64,000 bases of DNA from contig NW_027192222.1 of the NCBI RefSeq assembly GCF_041956535.1, positions 62,001 through 126,000 on the forward strand. The letters are read 5' to 3'. Under the pieces are notes generated by a model, which was not told the DNA's origin, ran no database searches, and saw nothing but the letters and a program-made list of their open reading frames with translations. The DNA comes from Calcarisporiella thermophila CBS 279.70. Lineage: Eukaryota > Fungi > Calcarisporiellomycota. The position numbers and the translations under genes were made by a program. Below are positions 26,418 to 37,300 of the stretch, piece after piece; within the stretch, counting starts at the first letter, position 1; each line of letters begins with the position of its first letter.

Positions 26418-27484
26418 CTCTTCATTCAAGCGAACGAAACCTAGATTTTCTCTTTCTGTATGCGTGTTGTATTTATATATTAATATATAGATGATATGGA
26501 CAATCACAAAGAGCTTGAGATATAAATAGCATGTAAAAACATGTAAAGATATTTATAATTTCTGATATTTTGGAGAAATCTATCCAGATACGTGCGGTAA
26601 AAAGAAGGTCATCTTTAGTCAACAGTATATTTGGAGATATAAGACGAAAAAATGAGAAAAAACATGGATTCAATAACTTATCCAAGTGTCCCAGTTTTGG
26701 ACCCAATCATATAGTTTTTGGAAACTTTCGATAAACAACAGCTTTAGCAAATTCTCCTAATGAAGGCTTTTTGTAAGACAAGCAAATTTTGGAAGTCCAA
26801 GAGTCGCAAATAGCTTTTGTCACATGAAGTGTTGGGAAGGAACGATCAAAAGCTTAGGGTTAGCTAAGGAATCGCTAGGATGGAATCTTATTAGCTATTA
26901 ATCCGACACAACACTTTGTACGTCAATTAATTTTCTTATATACGGTATTTATATATGTAATATGTTAAAATGGTATTCTTTTTTCAAATATGATAAAAGT
27001 TTGAAACATACATGTAAAAAGAGAAAAATTGTTGGAGGGACTTGAATGCTACTATGTCTTCATCTTACAAATCAAGCTTTTATGCAAATTGGCATTGATA
27101 ATTGGATAGCGCGAGAAGAGAGCCTATTGCAACAGAAAACAGATCTCGAGCAAAATATATTAAAAAGCTACCATCTTGAACGATTTTGTGTTCAAGAATT
27201 TTCTTGTGTCTTGTCTGAATTTTTTTCTTGCAGTGATAATTAAATGAGAGTGCTAAGTCAGTTCTACTGCACCATCCCCCGTTGTCCTCCTGGAAAAGTA
27301 GGATAATACATAAAGTCCCGGTCTTTGTATTATTGCATCTATTTTTTTCTTACAGCTCTATGATATTCGCCTACATATCATTACTTCGCTCATTCCCTTG
27401 CGCATTACTATCTGCAAGTTTTCGCAAGCCATTGTAGCTTGTAATTCTTGAAGTGCACCAGAGGGCCCATGAAAGTCTAAAAAA

Positions 27485-29300
27485 TCAGAGCTCATTTTCA
27501 TATACTGCCCAATTCGAGCCCATCAGGAGAGGGAGATCTGCACGCGATACAAGGGTAACTGGATGTCCGCAGAATAGACTCCTTTCTGACATCATAGTAT
27601 TGCTTGTTGTGATATATACATAATGGACACCTTCAGGCAGAGTCTTCTCGAGTTCGAGCTTCAGAGCTGCGGCATTTGGAAACCGCGGAGTGTTCTCTTT
27701 GGTCAGACAAAGAGACATGTAATATTTGATAATCGACATATTATTCATCGTATATGTATCCTTCGGTTTCTTGATAATTCGTTTTTTGAGATCAGTAACC
27801 TTGGACCAGTGTTCGTTGTATGGCGACAAAGAAATTTGAATAAAGTATAGTTCGCAGTCCATTGAATATGCTAATAGATCTGCAACTGAGTGTCCCTTTT
27901 TCAGAATTATTAGAGTGCCCGGTTCCAAAGCAGATACAGCATGCAGCGTCGAAATTTGTTCGATTGTTTGGATGAGGGTAATATTCCAAGTTTTCCTTTG
28001 TGGCTTTCCCGTGAGGGTCCTGCCATTGAAGCGGATATCAATGCGCTTATGTGGCCTGAAGGTCAAGGTAATCAGAAGCCCGAATGCTCGCCATTTGAAA
28101 GATGGGTCTGCTAACTGACGTTAAATCATTTAAGTTAGCGTTTGTAAACATACACACACAAAAAAGATAACATTGAATCTACCAACAAATTAATAGATGG
28201 CTAATACGATTGCGCCATATACTGGACAAAAGCCCTGATCACGGGCGGACAGATATATACCCATACTCCTGCCCGTGATTTAGGGACAAACAAACCACTT
28301 ATTTTCCATTGCAACGGTGGCTCCCACAGCGACATATTTGTAGCAACTGCTACCGCGTAGTCATGGATCTTTCGCTGTTCAAAGGGGTCCATTTTTTCTG
28401 CACGGTCAAAGGTTTCCCTGATTTTGCTCTTGTATAACTGGGTAGCTCGATCGTAAAATCCACCGGTGTTGTCGCGAATTTTACTGAGAGAAATGTCCAG
28501 TTGTGTATACCAAGCCTCACACCAAAAAAATATCATCCGCGGAATAAGTCCTGAATGATATCGAATCTGGTTGGCATCAATAACTAATAAATAGTTAAAC
28601 ATGAAGTGAATTAAATTCAACAGACACTGTCCGAAGTTAAACTGTACCTTCGGGAAGTCGCTTAAAATTCTGTTGGCATTTCAAGATGGAGCTGAATTCA
28701 TCTTTGTCATAGGGTAGAATGTCAATCATAATCGTCTGTGCATCGGCGTTCCAAAATTCTTCATATAGATCGAAAGAAGAGGAAATGGCATAGAGCCAAA
28801 AGCCCGACTGCTAGAAGCAGATACATTCATAAAACAGTAGTAATAATCGAGATGAATGCATTATGCGAGACATACCAGTCTGTTTTTGGTGAAAAGTTTC
28901 AACACTTGGTTGCTCATATTTTGGAGAGAGCACCTAGCATTCCATTCATCGACGGCAACGGGAACCGGATATTTACAACAATTAAGGTATAGTTAGAGCA
29001 AAGTAATCATTTTGAGGTATCGATAGAGACAGAGTTTAACTCACTCAAACTGTGCATTAAGAATAACATTAAAAACCATTTCTAGAGTTTTAAACGGATC
29101 CTTGTAGATGTACTTAACAATACAGTCATACAGAGATAGATTCTGATTTTGCTCTTCATTGATGCCAAAATATCGAGATATGAGCTGACTAAGAGACTTT
29201 TCGACTTTGATTGTCTTAAGTTTAGCTTTTTCAGCACTCAAAAAACCCATCAAAATATTCATAGCAGCTCCTGCTTCATTAAGTTGACTGAGTTCTCCCG
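27485..29300 (-). pseudogene. 5'-truncated Crinkler/RHS-type P-loop NTPase plus PD-(D/E)xK nuclease pseudogene
   Basis: Exons give Walker-B-like VAVDEWNA, ..SGLIPRMI and nuclease-like ADLL....LYFIQISLS.Y..H; no Walker A; one intron lacks its AG (~28990); premature TAG at 28201-28203. Confidence 0.6.
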
Positions 29301-29363
29301 CTGAAAATTAACATATATACAAGATTATTTTTGTTAGTGATCAATGAAAATAAATTGACTCAC

Positions 29364-31298
29364 CTGATGACAGAGCCAGTTTCGTTCCCAGGAGTTGATG
29401 CACCGACTTCCAAAGGTTGCTGATGAACCTAGGGTCGTGGTCTGATATAATAGTTTGCGGAATGCCATGGAGCCTGAAGATGACCTCGAAGAATATTTTG
29501 GCAATGGTGACTGCGTTGGAGGTGGTATTTGTGGCGACGAAGTGAGCCATCTTGGATAGTCTGTCTACGAATACTATAATTGCATCGTGACCCTTTTTGG
29601 ATTTTGGTAGGTGGGTTATTAGGTCCATAGAGATTTGTTGCCAGCGCTGGGATGGTGTAGATAATGGTTGTAGTAGGCCTATTGGAGCTCGGTTGTTTGC
29701 TTTTGTTCTTTGGCATGTGTCGCAGCTTCTTATGTACTTCTTGACACTCTCGACCATTCGTGGCCAATAGAAATTGCGTTGCACACGTTCATAAGTCCTC
29801 TCCACTCCCAAATGTCCAGCTATTGCAAGATCATGGTTTTCCTGGAGCAGCTTTGTTCGAATCCCCGGATCTTCTGGAATATAAAGGCGATTTTTATCTT
29901 CTTTCTCATCTCCGTAGAGGAGTAATCCATTCCGCAGCTCGTAGTATTTGATCAGATGATTCAGCTCTCGCGGTACCGGCAAGTCGGGGTCTCCCAGTTG
30001 TTTCACTAAGTCGTTAAATATAGGATCATTAGTATACTTGGATTTGATTTCCGTCAAGAATTTTTCAGGGATTGCGAGGTGGATATCGCGCTAAGCATGA
30101 GGTCTGGCCTCCTGGACAGTGCATCGGCTACAACATTGCTTTTACCGGGCTGATAAATTATCTCATAGTTGTAGCTCTGGAGGGTTTGCATCCATCGTGC
30201 TTGCCTCCCCGTCAGGGTGGGCTGTGTGTTGAGGTAACGCAGGGGTGCATGGTTGGTATATATCCGGCAATAGGTGTATTCCATGGGCAGTTTCTGGCGA
30301 AGTGACCCGTCTTTCTGCAGCGAAGGCATTCTCCCATTTGGATAAGTAGGTTCCGTTCCCCTGGGGCTAGTTTCTTCAACCGTTGTGTCTGAACGCCGTC
30401 TATCTCCAGAGGAATGGCATGGTCGAATGGCATGTGGCTTGTTGGTTGACGCATTGGGCTGGGGCTTGTGTTTCTATGGAAGCTTGGGTATTTTACTTGG
30501 TCAAAAACGTTTGTGAAGTTAATTGCTTCCTTAAGGGATTTGGGTTGGCGGATCTTGACATCTGCTTGAGTGTTAGGTTTCAGTCCTCTGATGAAACAGT
30601 GGAGTGTCTCCGAGTTGGTCATATCCGGGATATTGTTGATTATGGTCTGGAATGTGTACGCGTACTCCCGGACGGATCCAGTTTGGCGAAGCCTGTCAAG
30701 TCGTTCGCGTGCGATGACTTCGGAGCCAATAGGTTTAAAATGCGTGTGGAACAACTGGGCGAGGTGGTCAAAATTGGTTGGCATGAGTCCTTGGTTGGAC
30801 TTGGCTCGTCTCTCATATGTATTCCACCAGGCCAGTGCATTTCCTCTCAGATACGAAATTACATAAAGGAGTTCGTCCTGGGGAGGTAGCTTATACAGCT
30901 GCAAGAATCTTCATATCGACGCGATCCACGAATCCACGTCTTCCTCATAGTTACCGTGGAAATAGACGGGTTTACCGGGTTGGGGTGTTGACTTTGGTTC
31001 AAGGGCAGGGGGTGGAGTTGGAGTAGACTTCTTGTTTTCCTCGACTTTGGCTTCAAGTGAATTGTACGCTTCATTAAGCTGCATGATGTATCTGTACAAC
31101 TGCGCAGGGTATGCGTCGGGTGTCACTTCCATGTCCATGGGGTTCATATTGATTGAGTTTATGTGTTTCAGGGTTACTAGGGAAACTGGGTTACTTGGGA
31201 TCTAAGGTACTAGGGGAAATTGGGAACTAGGAGAAGAAGTGGGTAGTACCTCATCTACAGTAAGGGGAATCTGTATCCTTTGGTTAGTTCTAGTTTTC
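29364..31298 (-). mobile_element. Decayed Ty3/gypsy LTR retrotransposon fragment (gag, RNase H end, integrase; protease and RT deleted; no LTR pair found)
   Basis: Gag LRQTGSVREY and CLRCRKTGHFARNC; RNase H tail YT(D>N)HAPL..RQARW..NVVADALSR; integrase GHLG..CDTCQ, SMDLIT, IISD.DPRF; stop at 30911 and frameshifts. Confidence 0.93.
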
Positions 31299-31434
31299 CA
31301 ACTTAAGAATGCCTTTTTTATAACAAAGGACCTTTATTGAAAAGTATCCTATCCTGTTAAAAAGGTAGGGTAGCTTCTACGTCAAAAGCACCCAGGTAAT
31401 GTTCCTGGCCTATCTTGCACAACTTAACAATACC
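31299..31434 (+). repeat. Target-site duplication of the first non-LTR insertion (31299-31313 / 31420-31434)
   Basis: caacttaagaatgcc vs caacttaacaatacc, 13/15 identical, left copy abutting the poly(T). Confidence 0.7.
31314..31419 (-). mobile_element. Severely 5'-truncated non-LTR retrotransposon (3' UTR plus poly(A))
   Basis: Homologous to 31438-31541; AATAAA followed by an A-tail on the minus strand; flanked by a TSD. Confidence 0.8.
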
Positions 31435-31437
31435 GCG

Positions 31438-32845
31438 TTTTTTTTTAACAAAGGACCTTTATTGAAAAATATCCTGTACAGTTAAAACGGTAGGGTAACT
31501 TCTACGTCAAAATCACCTGGGTACTGCCCCCAGCCTACCTTAAAGTGGTTTACAAGTGAGAAGAAAGTAGATAGATTGTTAGAGTTGGTTGATTTGAATG
31601 GTTGAGTATGTAAGATAGTAAAATATAGATAGAAAATTTTTCTTTACTCTCGCATATCGTTTGATAAGCAGAAAGCAAAGGTGCTGAAAGAGAGTGACAT
31701 TTACTGTCGCTGCAATATATATCTAAGCTCATGTTCCGTTGGGACTTCTGGTCGTTTTTACCTTAGTTTTAGGGGGGCTCTTGGTCTTTGAGGGGCTTTT
31801 TGGCTTAGTGATAGTTTTCCGTGTTGGATGATTGATGCGCGTGGGTGATTTAGTAGGACTGAAGTCGAACTTCAGATTCTTTTGGGAGGCTAGGAATTCT
31901 TGCAGGTTCACCGTCTTGATTTCGGGGCTCCTCTTGGCAGGCACGCTGGATGGTTCAAATCCGGATATTTCGCTGAACACTTTGGATTCTAGAGATTTGG
32001 TATTAGGAGTCTGTGGGGTACTGGATATTTTAATGGTATTTTCTTGTTTCTTCTCTGATTGCTCGGTCTCACCATCCGTATTCATTCTATCTGGCGTGGT
32101 TTCACCAATGAGCGGGATGAGTGTTTGCACGGGCTTATTTCCTTGGTGCTGTTTATTCTTCTTTGGGCATTCTGTTCGTATGTGACCAGGAGTCTTACAG
32201 TAATTACACACTGGAGTAGATCCTCTCCAAGAAAGGATTATCTTGTCCTCATCGATGGATAGCTGGCGAGGTAGAAGGTTTTCTAAAGGTTCCGTGGTTT
32301 CAGGGTTCGGTTCAAGTATGGCGTAGCAGTATTCTTGTAACCACCCCGTGTTGCCATAGTATTGGAAGTCGATCTGAATGACTCGAGCATACTTGGACAA
32401 GGCTGCTTCCAATTTTCCCCTGAGGGATTCCTCTTCCTGACCAGGGAGATCGTTAATTCTAACGTTTAACACTCTCTGGGATGTGGAGAGAGTCTTGTAA
32501 CAGGGGACTTTCCGATCATTATTTGATTACCTCTTGAATATTTACCTCATTCCGGAATGCGAGAATGTTGGTCTTGGAATGTCCAAGGATCTTGATGGCT
32601 GCCACTTGCTTTTGATACTTCTCATATATTAGCTTCACTGCTTCTTGGGATGAGAACTCAAAACGCGAAAACTTGAAAGTGACCGAGTTTTTGAAAGAAG
32701 ATCTAGGCGGGCTTGTGTTGACATTCTCCAGAGTCAGTCTCTCGACTGGGTCTTTGGTTTTCCGGGTGCTTGCTACGTGTAGAGCATCCGCGTAGGATGG
32801 ATGGATATCAGGGGGAACACTAGCCATTTTCTTATCGCGTTTTCT
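31438..32845 (-). mobile_element. Non-autonomous L1/Tx1-like non-LTR retrotransposon (ORF1 plus ORF2 stub, 3' UTR, poly(A))
   Basis: ORF1 32827-31729 (frameshift near 32519) with CNYCKTPGHIRTEC knuckle and basic tail; ORF2 ATG overlaps the ORF1 TGA; AATAAA plus A9; TSD cttaa(c/t)aataccgcg at 31423-31437 and 32846-32860. Confidence 0.85.
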
Positions 32846-32932
32846 CTTAATAATACCGCGACGCAAGCGTGACTGCTTAAATAATTCTCCTTATCAAAAG
32901 ATTATTTTCTTTCATCAAAAATCAAAGTAGGA

Positions 32933-33006
32933 GTTTTCGTGGTGTAGTTGGTTATCACGTCTGTCTAACACACAGACGGTCTCCGGTTCGAATCCGGACG
33001 AAAACA
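32933..33006 (+). tRNA. tRNA-Val (anticodon AAC)
   Basis: Acceptor GTTTTCG/CGAAAAC, D-arm TGGTGTAGTTGGTTATCA, anticodon arm TCTGT-CTAACAC-ACAGA, T-arm CCGGTTCGAATCCGG, downstream T-run. Confidence 0.97.
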
Positions 33007-33622
33007 TTGATATTTTTGTTTTTTATTTTCTGCATAATATTTTTATTGCCGAGTTCAACCACCATCATCTTACTTAATACCTTTTATTACTGACATCTCT
33101 GTGACAAGATAGGAGTTTAACAACTAAAAGCTAGTAAGAAATTGTTAAAAAGGATGAAAATTTACACTACTTCCTGCTGTTTTGAGCGGAATACTGCTGC
33201 AAGCTTGGTTTCAGAGTTTTAATAACAACTAGTTCTGCACGCAGATGGAAAACTTCTCTAAGATCGAATTATCTATTTATACCATACATCAATTATGCCT
33301 GAGCTAGAAATTAGATAAGTCTCAATATGTTCGTAACTCATCTAATAATCTTAAAGCAATCTGTGTAATTCATGCCTTACCCATTATTTGATGTTCCTTT
33401 CTAAATACTGTTACATGGTTAGTCAGCAATTATCTGATAACCCCTGAAAATCTGCTAGATCACCGTCTTTTCATATAATCATTACGGTAATTTTATAAAG
33501 TACTCCTGAGGGAAGAAAATAGCCACAATTATATATTTGCTAAAAGAAGTCTCTAATTAACGCATATATATTGTGCTATTATTTAAATTGTCACTCTATC
33601 TACTCTTTTTTAAAATATAAAA

Positions 33623-35095
33623 ATGTTCATTAAAGCCCTCGTCTTCAGTGTAGTTACTTCATTAGCGGCTTATGCGTTGGCTCCTCACAATAAAGATTCG
33701 GAAGTACTAGCTCCTCTACTTCCAGCCAATAAGGGCATCAAAGTCATTCAAGACAGCTATATTGTGGTGTATAAAGAAGATCACGACATGGAAATCACGG
33801 ATCAAAGTGTCAAGAATGGAGTGAAGCAGCTCTATGATTTTGGTGGGTTCAAAGGGTATTCTGGTAAATTCAACACGGAAACTCTGAGAAAAATCCGACA
33901 AAACCCAGCGGTAATCTGATTATGACGCAGAGCTCTGCTCGGCAAGCTCTAATCGATTTTTCTGCACGTAGGTAAAATATGTTGAACCCGATGGGATCAT
34001 ATCCATCATCGAGACAGTAAATCCAACTACAACCCCCTGGAACTTGGTGCGTATCTCACACCGTAACAGAAATGATACTAGTGGTGGATATATATATGAT
34101 CCTAAAGCTGGCGAAGGAACGACAGCATATATTCTTGACTCCGGAATTGATATCGATAACCCCGAGTTTGAAGGTAGAGCAAGCTTGGGCGCAAATTTTG
34201 CCCAAGATGGGGATAATGATACCCTTGGTAGGAATGATAAGTGTATATATCCTTAGGCAGTTAATGATTTTGTTATAAATCAGGTCACGGCTCTCATTCG
34301 GCTGGTGTGATTGGCAGTAAAACGTATGGAGTTGGTAAGTACTTGTAGGGCTGAACAGGGTGAGTTGTTATCCCAACGCATATATCTATTGATTGTAGCC
34401 AAAAAAGCCAAACTTATTTCCGTGAAAGTCATCAATGGAAGCGGCCTAGGGATCATTGTGTAATCTACATATCACCAAGTGATATGTTTAAACACATACT
34501 AACACAAATATCATTGTTTGATCTTAGCGATGTTGTTGGGGCCATCAATTGGGCAGCAAATCATGCTAAAAAGAACAATCCCGGAAAATCAGTTGCAAGC
34601 ATGCCTTTAGTAGGAGGCATTTCTAGGTCCATTGATGATGCCGTTAACAAGGTATATAGATAAAACACAATTTTAACATTACAAAACTGTATTCATAATA
34701 ACATTGGCTTGAAGGCGGTTGAAAGCGGTCTGCACTTTGCAGTTCCTGCTGGAAATCATAATTCAGACGCATGTAACTACTCCCCAGCCCGTGCTGAAAA
34801 AGTCATTTGCGTTGGCGCCACCGATGAGCTTGATAGAAAGGCTTCATTTAGTAATTATGGTAGTTGTGTGGATATATTTGCGCCAGGAATGTACATAACC
34901 TCGACCTGGTCTAAGAACCGCACACAAACTATATCTGGCACATCCGCAGCTTCTTCGCAGGTTGCCGGACTAATCGCTTATTTCCTTTCACTTGAACAAC
35001 GTGATCCTACTTCAATGCGATCTTTCTTGAAAGCAATCGCGACCAAAGATGCCATTCCTGGATATGACTTTGTATACAATAATTCCGGTAAATGA
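33623..35095 (+). CDS. Secreted subtilisin/proteinase K-like protease (S8) with I9 propeptide
   Basis: Signal peptide, YIVVYK/F.GYSG propeptide, triad motifs YILDSG, GHGSHSAG, SGTSAAS, oxyanion AGN, FSNYG.CVDIFAPG. Confidence 0.92.
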
Positions 35096-35560
35096 TTCGG
35101 TTCATAGGAAAACTTGAATAAAACATTTCTAAGCAAGTACTGTTGATTTTTCGGTCAATCGTTGGAAATAATATTCCAAGAAATAATTGGGAGAACCCTC
35201 CTAATTCTTATTCTACCTCCTAATGAATATGCTATTTGCATTAGTTAATGTATAGTTTGTTCGAGGGTATACAAGATTTATTCTAATTGTCTAATATTTT
35301 ATCATCCACAGAGGTGCAAATCCAGTGTACCTTGTATACGAAAGTTGAATGTTGAATTGATAAATGCATTTTGGTCGGATCATCGCAATATAAACCTAAT
35401 CTAAAATTCTATATCAATGAGAGATGGTTTATTCCTAATATCAATCGAGGCTTTAAATATGATACACAGCTTTCGACATTATTTCATCGATCATCAATTA
35501 AGCTAGGAAGAGATTTTAGATATTTTTGATTCCTTCATTCCAACAGCAATCTTTTCTATC

Positions 35561-37300
35561 ATGTATACCCGCCAATTGCTAGCGGCGCCAATGAATACTG
35601 TATACTCTACTTCAGCAGACAATAATGCAGATGAAACAGAAAACCATCTGCAACCACTCTTGGCTTCAGATGCATTGCACTTTCAACTCAAACTGAATTC
35701 ATATACTGATCTACATAATCTTCTCAGTGCTCAGTACCTCTTCGATGGTATCTTATTACCTGATAACCTTTTTCGACCTCCAATCTACACTAAAGCTACC
35801 AACAGAGAGCATACAGATTACTGCTCTTACTTTAAGATTCTTATATTCCCAAAACCAATTGAAGATAAAATCGTCAGATGGCCGACAAGATCTTACATTT
35901 CCAAAGACAAGCTGCTCATCGATCAACTATTCCATGTCTATTTGAGTGCTTGTTGTGTAGACTCTATACACCCAGACAGTGAAACTTTTCTTAAGAGCTA
36001 TTATTGCTACGAACTCGAGCCTGCACTTGTTCACACTGCTGTCGCAAGTGCAGCAGTCCATTTATTACTATCACATCCGGAGATATCATTTAGTAGTAAG
36101 CTCCAAGCGGCTGTAGGGGGTCTGTTTGCACGGGCAAAAGAGTCATTGGCAGACGTATTTGATACTCCATCTCCACAGATTGTTCTTGCCTTTCTAAATA
36201 TGAATATTTGTCTGCAATATCTTTATCGCTATAAGGATGCATATGCATTCTACTCACAGGCTGCACACATGGCACTCTCACTCCAGATGGACAAGGACAA
36301 TGCTACAGAGAAGGATTTTATACAGATAGAGTTTCAAAGAAGGATCTGGTAAAAAGATCTAGTCTTTTACCCATGATATATATTCATTGACATCATGTAA
36401 TCAAATAATTCAAAGGAGTGAAATTTGCATGCGTGAATTGGAATATGTATTTGAATTTGACATGCCGCCTTTAATAAGCATGGATACTATCAAATCATCC
36501 CCCAAACCTACCGTGACAACGAGAGATAGCGAGTCGTATAAGTTTGAAACAGTAATAAGACAGAATAGCTGACAAATATGCATTATATCAACTAACTAAC
36601 CTAATATTGCAGATATACTTCATGCTGAAGATTGCCACATATTCTAAACTTTCGGAACTTAGAAACATTGATTGGGCACTTCCCGATGTTATTATCACAC
36701 AAAAACTTGCTGGCCTTGCCGCGTATTTACAAAATGAACTAACCGAACTAACTCAGTACTGCAATGAAGGAGACCTGCGAAAGATTCACTCTCCAATAGT
36801 AACATTCGATTTTTGGTTACAATGGAGTGCTCTTTGGCGACAATTTATCAAATCAGACGCACCTGCCGAGAGATTGGAAACAAATTTGATGCAACAATTA
36901 CGTGAAAAGGCATTCGACGAGTATATTAAGGTAACAGTATTTTAAGATTTCTGTATGCATGTTGATTGGCGTCATGCTACATCTATACTTCATTAAACAG
37001 GGCCTAATCCAATGCATAAGATTCTTTAACTGGAAAATTGTTTCCCAAGTCAGATGCAAATCGAGATTTCTCTTAACGGCAAATCTTATTTACGAAGGTG
37101 TTAAGTTCATTGCTCAAATGCATCCCGAAATTCGGATACGACGCAAGATCTTCCAGGAGCTCTTAAAGATATTAAATACTCTGCAATCACCGGAAGCTAG
37201 AGGTGTATTGTCGCAGTTGCTTGCTTGCCAATTCATGGATGCATTAGAGGAGTTAAAACCAACAATATTTTCAAAGGAGGTGCTGGAACGTACAGCCTGA
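35561..37300 (+). CDS. Fungal-specific transcription-factor (middle homology region) protein lacking an intact Zn2Cys6 cluster
   Basis: Helical domain with F.RAK..L...FD.PS, A.HMA..L.M and E..RRIW; three predicted GT-AG introns. Confidence 0.7.

Noticed and set aside
31314-31541. The two ~110-bp repeats as LTRs of the gypsy element
   Set aside because: They are adjacent rather than flanking, end in poly(A), lack TG..CA termini and have their own TSDs.
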